A stretch of 64,000 bases of DNA from Candidatus Azotimanducaceae bacterium (GTDB lineage: Bacteria > Pseudomonadota > Gammaproteobacteria > Pseudomonadales > Azotimanducaceae). The stretch spans positions 3,879,350 through 3,943,349 of the forward strand of contig OZ241900.1 of assembly GCA_965203615.1 (NCBI GenBank). Direction: 5' to 3'. The position numbers were made by a program, and so were the translations under genes. The notes under the pieces were generated by a model. The model saw only the letters and a list, made by a program, of their open reading frames with translations, searched no databases and was not told where the DNA came from. Positions 17,453 through 26,410 of the stretch are shown in pieces (position 1 is the first letter of the stretch; each line of letters starts with the position of its first letter).

Positions 17453-18264
17453 TCCTTTCGTTCGAGGGGTACCGCCTCGTGCTGCTGCTTTCTTTCGAGG
17501 GGTACCCCCTCGTGCTGCTGTTTTCTTTCGAGGGGTACCCCCTCGTGCTGCTGTTTTCTTTCGAGGGGTACCCCCTCGCGCTGCTGTTTTCTTTCGAGGG
17601 GTACCCCCTCGCGCTCCCCGGCGGCAAACCGGACGACTGCGGGTTCCAGTGCGCCGTAGCCGGTATGCACGTGGGTGAATTCGAGCCCCAGGCGGGACGC
17701 GGCCGCTCGGGCGTCGGCGAGCAGGTCCGGGTTCCGGGTCTGTGACAGGTAGGTCAGGCGCCGGTAGTTGCCGAAATACTCGTCGGACAGTTCCGGATGG
17801 TCGTCGATCTGCAGGGTTTCCACCACGAGCCGATCGAAGAAGCGCACGAGGAAGTCGGTGAGGTAGAACGTGCCGGGCTCGTCGTCGGCCATCCGCTCAA
17901 AGCGCTCGGTGCCGGCGAAGAACTCGTAGCAATGCAGCCCCGGCAGGCGCTCGACGCCCGGATAATCGGCGAGCACCTGGTCGATCCCGCCGTAGGTGCC
18001 GCAATCCGCATAGCCGATGAAGATGCGGCGATGCCGGCCCCGGGCCCGCTCGATCTCGGCGCGCAGCCGGGGCGGGATCTGGGCCGGACGGAGGTGCAGT
18101 TCCGGGTCCAGGCAACGGATGCGCAGGTGGTCCCAGCCGTTGGCCTGCCGAATCGCGTGCAGTTCCCTGCCGAGGGCGCCGCAAGCGATCACGAGCACGG
18201 GGTCCCGTTGCCTCTGCAGTTGCGCCTCGCTCGTGTCGCCGCGGATCACATCGGGGTTCAGCAT
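17449..18264 (-). CDS. DUF1638-domain protein with a repeat-encoded C-terminal tail
   Basis: 'VLVIACGALGRELHAI', 'IFIGYADCGTYGGID' and 'PGLHCYEFF' are DUF1638-like. The ATG at 18264 shares one base with the corrinoid-protein stop (TGATG). Confidence 0.7.
   Translation of the reverse strand: MLNPDVIRGDTSEAQLQRQRDPVLVIACGALGRELHAIRQANGWDHLRIRCLDPELHLRPAQIPPRLRAEIERARGRHRRIFIGYADCGTYGGIDQVLADYPGVERLPGLHCYEFFAGTERFERMADDEPGTFYLTDFLVRFFDRLVVETLQIDDHPELSDEYFGNYRRLTYLSQTRNPDLLADARAAASRLGLEFTHVHTGYGALEPAVVRFAAGEREGVPLERKQQREGVPLERKQQHEGVPLERKQQHEGVPLERKQQHEAVPLERKE
17455..17619. repeat. 33-bp tandem repeat x5, each unit with a GGGGTACCCC palindromic core
   Basis: 'TCGAGGGGTACC' recurs at 17462, 17495, 17528, 17561 and 17594, an exact period of 33. 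On the minus strand the units are in frame and encode (EGVPLERKQQH)n at the C-terminus of the DUF1638 ORF. Confidence 0.9.
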
Positions 18265-18986
18265 CAGTAGTTGTGCCTGGCACGCATCAGTTGCATGGCG
18301 GTATCCACTGCGGTGGCGGCATCCCGGCAATAGGCGTCCGCGCCCACCGCCTTGCCGAATTCCTCGTTCAGCGGCGCGCCGCCGACCAGCACGATGTAGT
18401 CGTCGCGGATGGATTGGGCCACCAGTTCGTCGATGACCACTTTCATATAAGGCATGGTGGTGGTCAGCAGGGCGGACATGCCGAGAATGTCCGGACTGTG
18501 CTCCTGCAGCGCCGCGAGGAAGTCCTCGACGCTGTTGTTGATGCCGATGTCCACGACGTCGAAGCCGGCACCCTCCATCATCATGCCGACCAGGTTCTTG
18601 CCGATGTCGTGAATGTCGCCCTTGACCGTGCCGATCACCATCTTGCCCACCGGCTTCGCACCTGTTTCGGCCAGCAACGGCCGCAGGACAGCCATGCCGC
18701 CCTTCATGGCGTTGGCGGCCAGCAGCACTTCGGGCACGAACAGGATGCCATCGCGGAAGTCGATTCCGACGATCGTCATGCCGCCGACCAGGGCGTCGTT
18801 CAGTACCTTGTCGGCGGCCCAGCCCCGCTCCAGCAGGATCTCCGTACCCTCGATGATTTCATCCCTGAGGCCGTCGTACAGATCGTCGTGCATCTGCTCG
18901 ACCAGCTCGTCGTCGTCGAGTTCGGAAAGGACAAGATCGTCGTCCTGCTCTCCGTTCACGTCTTGGTCGTGAACATCGTCGCTCAT
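18264..18986 (-). CDS. Corrinoid (cobalamin)-binding protein, MtgC/MtmC-like
   Basis: B12-binding motif 'GDIHDIGKN' (DxHxxG), '...MSALLTTT', 'GGAPL', and an acidic N-terminal cap-helix domain. Confidence 0.85.
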   Translation of the reverse strand: MSDDVHDQDVNGEQDDDLVLSELDDDELVEQMHDDLYDGLRDEIIEGTEILLERGWAADKVLNDALVGGMTIVGIDFRDGILFVPEVLLAANAMKGGMAVLRPLLAETGAKPVGKMVIGTVKGDIHDIGKNLVGMMMEGAGFDVVDIGINNSVEDFLAALQEHSPDILGMSALLTTTMPYMKVVIDELVAQSIRDDYIVLVGGAPLNEEFGKAVGADAYCRDAATAVDTAMQLMRARHNY

Positions 18987-19303
18987 GGAGACCGCCTCAA
19001 ACCATCAAACATCCTGAAGCGAAGGGTTGCCGTGCCATCCCGAAAGCTCGCCTCTGTCCGAACAGCAGGCCAACGGCAATACCAGACCGTGCAGCCGTTT
19101 CGAGTCATCGTTGCAGACTGCCTCCTGATGGCCGTCGGAGCGAGTCGACCACCTGCCCGCATTCTTCCCGCGTTCAGGGTGTTGGTCAATCCCACCGTGA
19201 CGGTCTGGGGCCTGTCCGCGTCGTCTGACGACTATCTTGGGCTAGGAGTTCGCCTGGCACGCACTGGTGCACAACCTGAAACGGAAATCGAAGAGACGCC
19301 CGA

Positions 19304-20389
19304 TTACGATCCGGAGCGAAACTTCGAAGGCGAAATCCCGTTCCAGCGGATGAATGCGCGCCGAAAGCTCCTTTCGTCCGAATAGTCGAGTTCTTCGGCG
19401 ACTTCGCCAGCGAGGTGATCTTGAGACAACAGGCGCTTTGCGCGCGCGTTCAGGGCCCTTTGCCTGACCTCGTGAAAAGACGTGTTCGATTGCGCCAGGC
19501 GACGCCGCAAGGTCCTGGCGCTGAGATTGAGTTGCAATGCAAGCTCATTGGCCGACATGGTCTGTCTCGACATCAGGTCGATGACCCTGTCGACGATCGG
19601 AACGTTCGCGGGGGAAACCCTGAGATTGCGGTCAATCAGGTTGGCCACTTCCCAAAAGACAGCGTTTGGCCGGGGCAGGTCGGCGGCCCGGAGTCTCACT
19701 GGCAAGGCGGCGACGGAGTAGTCGTAGATCAGCGCGTAGTCCCTGCTTCCGTACGCGATCGGCACACCCCAGTACGCCAGTTGGTCAGGCGGACTGCCCG
19801 CGTGTTCGCGAGGATTGCTCAAAGGCCGCTTGGTCGTGACCTTGCAAAGGTATGCATCGATGTCGGCGCCGGCACAAATGCCGAACAGTGTGTGCATGAG
19901 TATCTGGATGCACTCGAGAAAACTGTGCAACTGGCTGGCCGTCAACTCGAACGGGGTGGGGAAGTCCTTGTTGTCGATGGCGTAGATCAGCTTGTCACCC
20001 TGCGTCGTTACGTGGTTGTAGACACGGCCGTGCAATAGATTGAAGCCGTCCGCGAACTTGCGAAGCATGAGGTCAAAGCGGTTCGAGGCAACTGCCTGGG
20101 ACATCACGAAGTGGAACGCGCCCGGCAACAGGGGCCGCTCTGACATTCGCACGATCTCGTCGCTGGTCAGATCGGCCAGTCTCCCGAGAAGCCTGAAGTA
20201 GTCGGAAACCGGCACGCGTTCCGATTCGTCGTTTTCACCCGTTCCATGGCGGCGTATTTCCCGCAATACGACGGCCAGATCGATACCACTGGACCTGGCA
20301 GCTCTTGCCAGCGGTTCAAACAGGGAGTTGTCCACGCAGGGAATGCCTGGCCCATTCGCCGAACCTGGATGGTCGCTGAAATCCGGCAT
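19304..20389 (-). CDS. AraC-family transcriptional regulator
   Basis: C-terminal HTH 'MSANELALQLNLSARTLRRRLA...' and 'LDYSDERSFRRAFIRWNGISPSKFR'. I chose the ATG at 20389; the longer ORF to 20773 would run into the divergent receptor gene. Confidence 0.75.
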   Translation of the reverse strand: MPDFSDHPGSANGPGIPCVDNSLFEPLARAARSSGIDLAVVLREIRRHGTGENDESERVPVSDYFRLLGRLADLTSDEIVRMSERPLLPGAFHFVMSQAVASNRFDLMLRKFADGFNLLHGRVYNHVTTQGDKLIYAIDNKDFPTPFELTASQLHSFLECIQILMHTLFGICAGADIDAYLCKVTTKRPLSNPREHAGSPPDQLAYWGVPIAYGSRDYALIYDYSVAALPVRLRAADLPRPNAVFWEVANLIDRNLRVSPANVPIVDRVIDLMSRQTMSANELALQLNLSARTLRRRLAQSNTSFHEVRQRALNARAKRLLSQDHLAGEVAEELDYSDERSFRRAFIRWNGISPSKFRSGS

Positions 20390-20528
20390 ATTCGTACAGT
20401 ACCACGGTGCTGGCCACAACTGTCCCCCCTGCCTGACCTGTTGTGTCATTGCGGAGCACCTCAAGCAGTCGTCAAATTCGGATTGGGGGAATGTTCGACC
20501 CGCTGCACGCATCGCGAGGAATTGCACC

Positions 20529-22850
20529 ATGGGGACCAGCAGTACAGTTCGCCGTATTCGACCGGTTGCCGTCTCGAGCGTTGTCGCAATCCTGGCTTTT
20601 CTCGATGCGAGTATTGTCTGTGTCGCCCAGGAGACGACAGGCGACGAGCAGGTCAACGCAATCGAGGAGATCATCGTCACCGCGCGCCGCAGGGAGGAGT
20701 CGCTATTGACCGTGCCGGGCTCGGTTTCGGCCTTCAGTGAACGCCGGCTTCGCGACCTGCAGGCGGCCGACATGCGCCAGGTGCAATACGCGGTGCCGAA
20801 CTTTCATTTTCAGAAAAGCGATTCGTCCAACGCTGCGGTCTACCTGCGCGGCATCGGTCAGAACGACTCTCTGCCTTTCGTCGAGTCGGGCGTCGGGGTC
20901 TACATCGACGACGTATATGTGGCGCGCACCCAGGCCGCTTTCGTCGAGTTGTTCGACATCGAACGCGTCGAGGTCCTGCGCGGGCCGCAAGGGACGCTGT
21001 ACGGGCGAAACTCCCCCGGAGGCGCCGTCAAGCTGATCACTCGCCAGCCATCCGACGAATTTGAAGCTCACGCGGAGGTTGGTGCCGGGAGTCTCAAGGC
21101 CAGGATTTACAAGGGCCGCATTGGCGGACCATTGAGTAGCGATGGCCGTTGGAAAGGGAAGATCGCGTTCTCTGGAATCAACCGCGACGGGCATTCCGAG
21201 AACGCGGTGCTCGGGGGCACCGACGGCGACACCAATACGCTGTCGTTCCGGACTGGCCTCGACTTCGAACCGAGCGACGATCTGAGTTTCGCGCTCCGCT
21301 TCGAAGGAAAATTCGAGCGGCCCGACCGGTCGCTGACACCGATTCGAAAGACGCCGCTCACACTGTTCCCGGACCCGGTTGGCGCTCCGTTCAGCCCGGT
21401 CACCTACCTGCCGACGGAGGAAGCTTTCGGTTCGCCCTATGTCGTCGAAGGCACGGCGAATGTCCTTGCCGACCTGACAACTTACGGGGCCTCGTTCAAG
21501 ATCAGGCGGTACATGGGTGATGCCTGGTATGTGGAGAGCGTTACGGCGTACCGCAAGCTCTCCTGGGATTTCGTTCTGGACGCCGACAGCACGCCGCATC
21601 CGGTCCTCGACATTCCGGTTTACGAGGACGACGATCAGTTTTCCACGGAGCTTCGGGTGGCGTTGGAACGCGATAGTGGCCTGTCGTTCACGGGCGGCGT
21701 TTTCTACTTCATCGACGATGATGTCGTGCTCGCGGGATTCGACGATGCGTCGGCATCATTCGAGTTCTTCGGACTCTTTTTCCCGATCATCAGCGTCGGA
21801 GTCCCATCGGGCGGATACGGCGAAAGCGACCAGCGCACGCGATCGGTCGCGGCATTTGGCGACATTACCTTTCCCATTTCGGATACGACGAGCGTGGAGA
21901 TTGGCGCCCGCTACACCATTGACGAGAAAGAAGTCACGCGGCGCGGCGAATTCTTCTTTGACCCGACGCTGTCCCTGAGTCTCGATCAGCCGCCGTTTCT
22001 GGCCGGTGTCGGGTTTCCCGGCGAGTACCTGCAGGACACCCAGGACTGGAATGCGGTGACACCACGCGCGGTCCTGTCGCACCAGCCAAACGACAGCCTG
22101 ACGCTGTACGCGTCGGTTTCCCGCGGCTTCAAGAGCGGCGGTTTCCCGGGGCGGGCATTTGCGGGTAGTGAGTTCAAGGCGTTTGATCCGGAAACGGTCT
22201 GGACCTTCGAGACGGGCATCAAGGGCCGCGATCCGGAAAACCGTTTCACCTACTCGGCCGCGTATTTCTACAACGACTACAACGACCTGCAGTTGAACGG
22301 CTTCGGACAGGATCCCGTGACCGGGCAATTTGTCAGCCTGTTCACCAACGCCGCGTCCGCGATCACTCGAGGTTGGGAGGGCGAGGTTTCTTACCGGCCC
22401 AGCCACCGTCTTTCGATCAACGCTTCAGTCGGATACCTGAATGCGGAATACGAGGAATTCGAGACGCTGGTCAACGGCGTGCTCACCGACGTCAGCTCGC
22501 GGCGTCTGCCGAATGCACCCGAGTGGACCGGCTTCCTTGGCATGACCTACTCGGATCAGCTCACCCCCGGCATCGCCGGAACCGTGCATGTCGATATCGC
22601 CTACAAGGGCGACCACGCGAACGAGTCGTCGGATTCTCCGAACCTCGCCGTGGCAGCGGCGACCTACCTGAACGCTTTCGTATCGATTTCAGCCAGTGAT
22701 CAGCGTTGGGAAGTGCGTGTGGGAGGTACGAACCTGACGGACGAGGCGCGCGCCGCCCAGAGTTTCAATACCGCGGAGTTCTCCGGCGTGGAGACTGCCT
22801 TTATGGGTGCTCCCCGTCTGTACGAAGTACGACTTCTACTGCAGATCTGA
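20529..22850 (+). CDS. TonB-dependent receptor
   Basis: Signal peptide 'VAVSSVVAILAFLDASIVCVAQE', plug 'IEEIIVTARRREESLLTVPGSVSAF', and a C-terminal beta-barrel ending '...LYEVRLLLQI'. I chose the ATG at 20529. Confidence 0.85.
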   Translation: MGTSSTVRRIRPVAVSSVVAILAFLDASIVCVAQETTGDEQVNAIEEIIVTARRREESLLTVPGSVSAFSERRLRDLQAADMRQVQYAVPNFHFQKSDSSNAAVYLRGIGQNDSLPFVESGVGVYIDDVYVARTQAAFVELFDIERVEVLRGPQGTLYGRNSPGGAVKLITRQPSDEFEAHAEVGAGSLKARIYKGRIGGPLSSDGRWKGKIAFSGINRDGHSENAVLGGTDGDTNTLSFRTGLDFEPSDDLSFALRFEGKFERPDRSLTPIRKTPLTLFPDPVGAPFSPVTYLPTEEAFGSPYVVEGTANVLADLTTYGASFKIRRYMGDAWYVESVTAYRKLSWDFVLDADSTPHPVLDIPVYEDDDQFSTELRVALERDSGLSFTGGVFYFIDDDVVLAGFDDASASFEFFGLFFPIISVGVPSGGYGESDQRTRSVAAFGDITFPISDTTSVEIGARYTIDEKEVTRRGEFFFDPTLSLSLDQPPFLAGVGFPGEYLQDTQDWNAVTPRAVLSHQPNDSLTLYASVSRGFKSGGFPGRAFAGSEFKAFDPETVWTFETGIKGRDPENRFTYSAAYFYNDYNDLQLNGFGQDPVTGQFVSLFTNAASAITRGWEGEVSYRPSHRLSINASVGYLNAEYEEFETLVNGVLTDVSSRRLPNAPEWTGFLGMTYSDQLTPGIAGTVHVDIAYKGDHANESSDSPNLAVAAATYLNAFVSISASDQRWEVRVGGTNLTDEARAAQSFNTAEFSGVETAFMGAPRLYEVRLLLQI

Positions 22851-22875
22851 TTGAGCGCCTCGAAGGACCAGACCG

Positions 22876-23823
22876 ATGATTGACCGGCAGTGTGCGGATC
22901 TGCTCGAAAGTGCCCAGGGCATCCTGGCGAAAATCCTGGTTTCCGAAAGCGACCCGGTCGCCATCGGCCGGAGGTACACGGCCAAACTGATGGAGACTTT
23001 TCTGGGGGTCAGGGCCGATGGTGTGGAAACACGGGACTATCGGATCCCGACAGATTCCGCGGAAATCCCGGCGCGCTTCTACAGGGGAAGTCACGCCGCC
23101 GCAGGCGCGCAGGGGAAACTGGTGCTGTTCTTTCACGGCGGCGGCTGGAGCGTCGGCGATGTCGACACCTACGATGGATTCGTGCGGCGGTTGTGCGCGG
23201 AGACCGGGGCACGCTATCTCTCGGTCGACTTTCGGCGGGCCCCGGAAAACAAGTTTCCCGCCGCCCACGAGGATTGCTATGCGGCCGCGCTCTGGGCGTT
23301 CGAGAATTGCGAAGCCTTAGGGGTCGATCCCGCCCGGATCGGCGCCATGGGAGACAGCGCCGGCGGCGCCCTGGCGACCGCCGTTTCCTGGCAGATTGCG
23401 CGGCAGACGGGCTACCGTGTGAACTCGCTCTACCTGTTGTACCCATTCCTCGACGTGCGGGACGATCACGAGGCCTACGCGTCGAGGATCTCGTTTGGCG
23501 ACGGGAACTACCTGGTCGGGCGTGAAGGCCTGTCGGCCGCCAGGCAGTGGTACGTGGGTGAAGACACCAGCACCGAAGACCCGCTGGTCTCACCGATGTT
23601 CATCCCCGACCTCGAATCACTGCCGCCAACCACGATCATCACGGCCGGACACGACCCGAACCTGGATGAGGGGAAACTGTTTGCCGAGAAGTTGCAGCGA
23701 AGTGGCGTTCGCGTTGGCGCAACACACTTTGCGTCCGCGTTCCACGGCTTCATGCCCTTCGGTGTGCTGGATGTCGCTGGCGACAGCGTCCAGGTACTCG
23801 CAAACGCCATTGCGGAATACTGA
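22876..23823 (+). CDS. Alpha/beta hydrolase, hormone-sensitive-lipase-type esterase
   Basis: 'FFHGGGWSVGD' oxyanion motif, 'GDSAGG' nucleophile elbow, and a late 'H' in 'FHGF'. Confidence 0.85.
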   Translation: MIDRQCADLLESAQGILAKILVSESDPVAIGRRYTAKLMETFLGVRADGVETRDYRIPTDSAEIPARFYRGSHAAAGAQGKLVLFFHGGGWSVGDVDTYDGFVRRLCAETGARYLSVDFRRAPENKFPAAHEDCYAAALWAFENCEALGVDPARIGAMGDSAGGALATAVSWQIARQTGYRVNSLYLLYPFLDVRDDHEAYASRISFGDGNYLVGREGLSAARQWYVGEDTSTEDPLVSPMFIPDLESLPPTTIITAGHDPNLDEGKLFAEKLQRSGVRVGATHFASAFHGFMPFGVLDVAGDSVQVLANAIAEY

Positions 23824-23983
23824 TCACGCCTGACGCCCCGGCTCAAGACCCTCCGCGCAAACCCATGGTTTTCGCAGGCGGGGGTTTCAGGCCGACTTCC
23901 AAACGGCTGTCGCGTGCATATTGCATATCCACCCCAAATGCCGTGAGAATTCGGGCGGTGCCCATCCGCGGCCGGAGCATGCT

Positions 23984-26404
23984 ATGGAGAACCAGGCGCG
24001 CATTGTCATCGTCGGCGGCGGCATCATGGGCGTCGGCCTGCTTTACCACCTGGCGGCAGAGGGCTGCCGCGACGTCCTGCTGATCGAGAAGGGCGAGTTG
24101 ACGTCGGGCTCGACCTGGCACGCGGCTGGCCAATGCCCGAACCTGGTCGGCAACTACAACCTCGCCAAGATTCACGAATACAGCGTTTCCCTGTACCGGA
24201 AGCTGGAGCAACTGACCGGTCAGGCCGTCGGTTGGCATGGCTGCGGCAGCGTCCGATTCGCCCTCACCGAGGGGGACCTCGACTGGTTCCGCTACCTGCG
24301 CGGAATCGCCGCCAACGTCGGCTACCACATGGAGATCGTCGACGTGGAGAAGATCGCCAGGCTCAATCCCTTTGTCTCGACGGAAGGCGTGCTGGCCGGT
24401 GCCTGGACCCGTGACGACGGCCATGCGGACCCGTCCGGGCTTTGCCAGGCGATGGCCACTGGCGCGCGCGCAATGGGCGCCAGAATCGTGCGGAACAACC
24501 GCGTGACCGGCATCAATGCGCTGCCGCACGGCGAATGGGAACTGGTCACGGAACAGGGGTCCGTCATTGCGGAAACCGTCGTCAACGCCGCCGGTTGCTA
24601 CGCCCGGCAAGTGGCCCAGATGGTGGGAGCGGACCTTCCGATCTGCAACATTCAGCACCATTACCTGGTGTCCGGACCTGTGCCGGAACTGGCCGGACGA
24701 AGCGAAGAACTCCCCGTGACCCGCGATCCCTACGCCTCCGCCTACATGCGCCAGGAGCAGCAGTCCGGCCTGATCGGCATCTACGAGGCGGTGCCCGCCG
24801 AAGCCTGGCCGCCGGGCGGGCTGCCGCACTGGGACTCCGAAAGCGAACTGTTTACCGAAGATCTCGAGCGCCTTATGCCTTGGCTGGGGCGCGCTATGGA
24901 GCGCATGCCGGTGTTCGAGCCGGCGGGCATCCGGCGCACCGTCAACGGGGCCATCTCCCACAGCCCCGACGGGCTGCCGCTGCTCGGCCCCGTGGCCGGG
25001 CTGCGCAACTTCTGGCTCTGCTGCGGCTCGTCCTTCGGCATCGCCCAGGGTGCCGGCAGCGGCAAGTACCTGGCGCAGTGGATGCTGCACGGCGACTCCG
25101 AGATCAACATGACCGGCTTCGATCCCCGGCGCTTCGGCGTGTTCGCCGATGTCGAATACATGCGGGCCAAAGGTCGCCAGGACTACGGCAGGACCTATGC
25201 CACGGCGTTGCCCGGGGAAGAACTGCCGGCGGCCCGGGTTTGTCGGACCAGCCCCCTGTACGACAGGCTGAAGGCCCAGGGTTGCGTGTTTACCGAGACC
25301 TTCGGCTGGGAGCGGCCCAAGTGGTTCTCGCCGGACGGTCGCGAGGAACAGTACGGCTTTCGCCACAACAACGTGTTCGATCTGGTGCGCGAGGAGTGCC
25401 TGGCCGTGCGCGAGCGGGTCGGCATCCTGGACCTCTCGGGATTCGCGAAATACGACGTGACGGGCCCCGACGCGCGAACGATGCTGGATCGGCTGTGCGC
25501 CAACCGGGTACCGGGGCGCGGCCGTATCACGCTTACCCACCTGCTTTCCGAGGGCGGGCGCATCGGCGCGGAGGTCACCATCACCCGCCTCGAAGACGAC
25601 GGCTTTTACGTGCTTTCCGCTGCCGGCGCCGAGCTGCGCGACCTCGACCACCTGCAGCAGGGGCGGCGCCCGGGAGAGCAGGTCGACATCGAGAACGTTA
25701 CCGACCGGCGCGGCGTGCTGGTGCTGGCCGGACCGCACGCCCGAGACGTGCTTGCCAGACTGACGAATGCGCCCCTGGACAGCGGTACCTTTCGCTGGCT
25801 GACGGCCAAGGAAATCGACCTCGCGGGGATGCCGGTGCGGGCTCTGCGCGTCAACTATGTCGGCGAACTTGGCTGGGAACTGCACCCGGCCATGGAACAC
25901 ATGGAGGCGCTGTATGACGCGCTGGTGGATGCGGGGGCGGAACATGGCATTCGCAATTTCGGCCTCTACGCGGTCAACAGCCTGCGGCTGGAAAAGGCCT
26001 ACCGCAGTTGGGGCGCGGAGCTGACCAACGAAGTCACCATGTTCGATGCGGCCATGGATCGCTTCATCAAGCTCGACAAGGGCGACTTCATCGGCCGGGA
26101 AGCGACCCTGCGCTCCCTTCAGGAGGAGGACCGCCCGCTGCAGCTCATCTACTTCAGCCTCGACCCCGGCGACGCGGACGTGCAGGGGGGCGAGCCGATC
26201 TTCGCCGGCGACCGCTGCGTGGGGGTAACCACCTCCGGCGGTTACGGCCACGCGGTAGGTCAGAGTCTCGGCTTCGGCTATGTCCCGCCGTCGCTGGCCA
26301 GACCAGGCAACGGGTTGACGGTCGACCTGCTCGGGCAACGGCGGCAGGTGACCGTACACGAAGACCCGGTCTACGATCCGGCCAACCACCGCTTGCGCGC
26401 CTGA
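23984..26404 (+). CDS. Dimethylglycine/sarcosine dehydrogenase-family protein (FAD oxidoreductase + GcvT-like THF domain), paralogue 1
   Basis: 'IVIVGGGIMGVGLLYHLA...LTSGSTWHAAG' and a C-terminal aminomethyltransferase fold ('YVGELGWELH'). ATG at 23984. Confidence 0.85.
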   Translation: MENQARIVIVGGGIMGVGLLYHLAAEGCRDVLLIEKGELTSGSTWHAAGQCPNLVGNYNLAKIHEYSVSLYRKLEQLTGQAVGWHGCGSVRFALTEGDLDWFRYLRGIAANVGYHMEIVDVEKIARLNPFVSTEGVLAGAWTRDDGHADPSGLCQAMATGARAMGARIVRNNRVTGINALPHGEWELVTEQGSVIAETVVNAAGCYARQVAQMVGADLPICNIQHHYLVSGPVPELAGRSEELPVTRDPYASAYMRQEQQSGLIGIYEAVPAEAWPPGGLPHWDSESELFTEDLERLMPWLGRAMERMPVFEPAGIRRTVNGAISHSPDGLPLLGPVAGLRNFWLCCGSSFGIAQGAGSGKYLAQWMLHGDSEINMTGFDPRRFGVFADVEYMRAKGRQDYGRTYATALPGEELPAARVCRTSPLYDRLKAQGCVFTETFGWERPKWFSPDGREEQYGFRHNNVFDLVREECLAVRERVGILDLSGFAKYDVTGPDARTMLDRLCANRVPGRGRITLTHLLSEGGRIGAEVTITRLEDDGFYVLSAAGAELRDLDHLQQGRRPGEQVDIENVTDRRGVLVLAGPHARDVLARLTNAPLDSGTFRWLTAKEIDLAGMPVRALRVNYVGELGWELHPAMEHMEALYDALVDAGAEHGIRNFGLYAVNSLRLEKAYRSWGAELTNEVTMFDAAMDRFIKLDKGDFIGREATLRSLQEEDRPLQLIYFSLDPGDADVQGGEPIFAGDRCVGVTTSGGYGHAVGQSLGFGYVPPSLARPGNGLTVDLLGQRRQVTVHEDPVYDPANHRLRA

Positions 26405-26410
26405 CGATTC

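Noticed and set aside
17455-17619. Possible CRISPR array, because of regularly spaced palindromic repeats
   Set aside because: The units are directly adjacent (period equals unit length, 33 bp) with no unique spacers. No cas genes are present. The array is in frame within a coding region. It is therefore a tandem repeat, not a CRISPR.
18987-19303. Cobalamin riboswitch upstream of the corrinoid-protein gene
   Set aside because: Reading both strands, I could not find the conserved B12 box (AGYCMGGAGACCKGCC-like) or the GCCACTG core. Only loose resemblances are present (GCCATCAGGAGGCAG). It cannot be supported without a covariance-model search.
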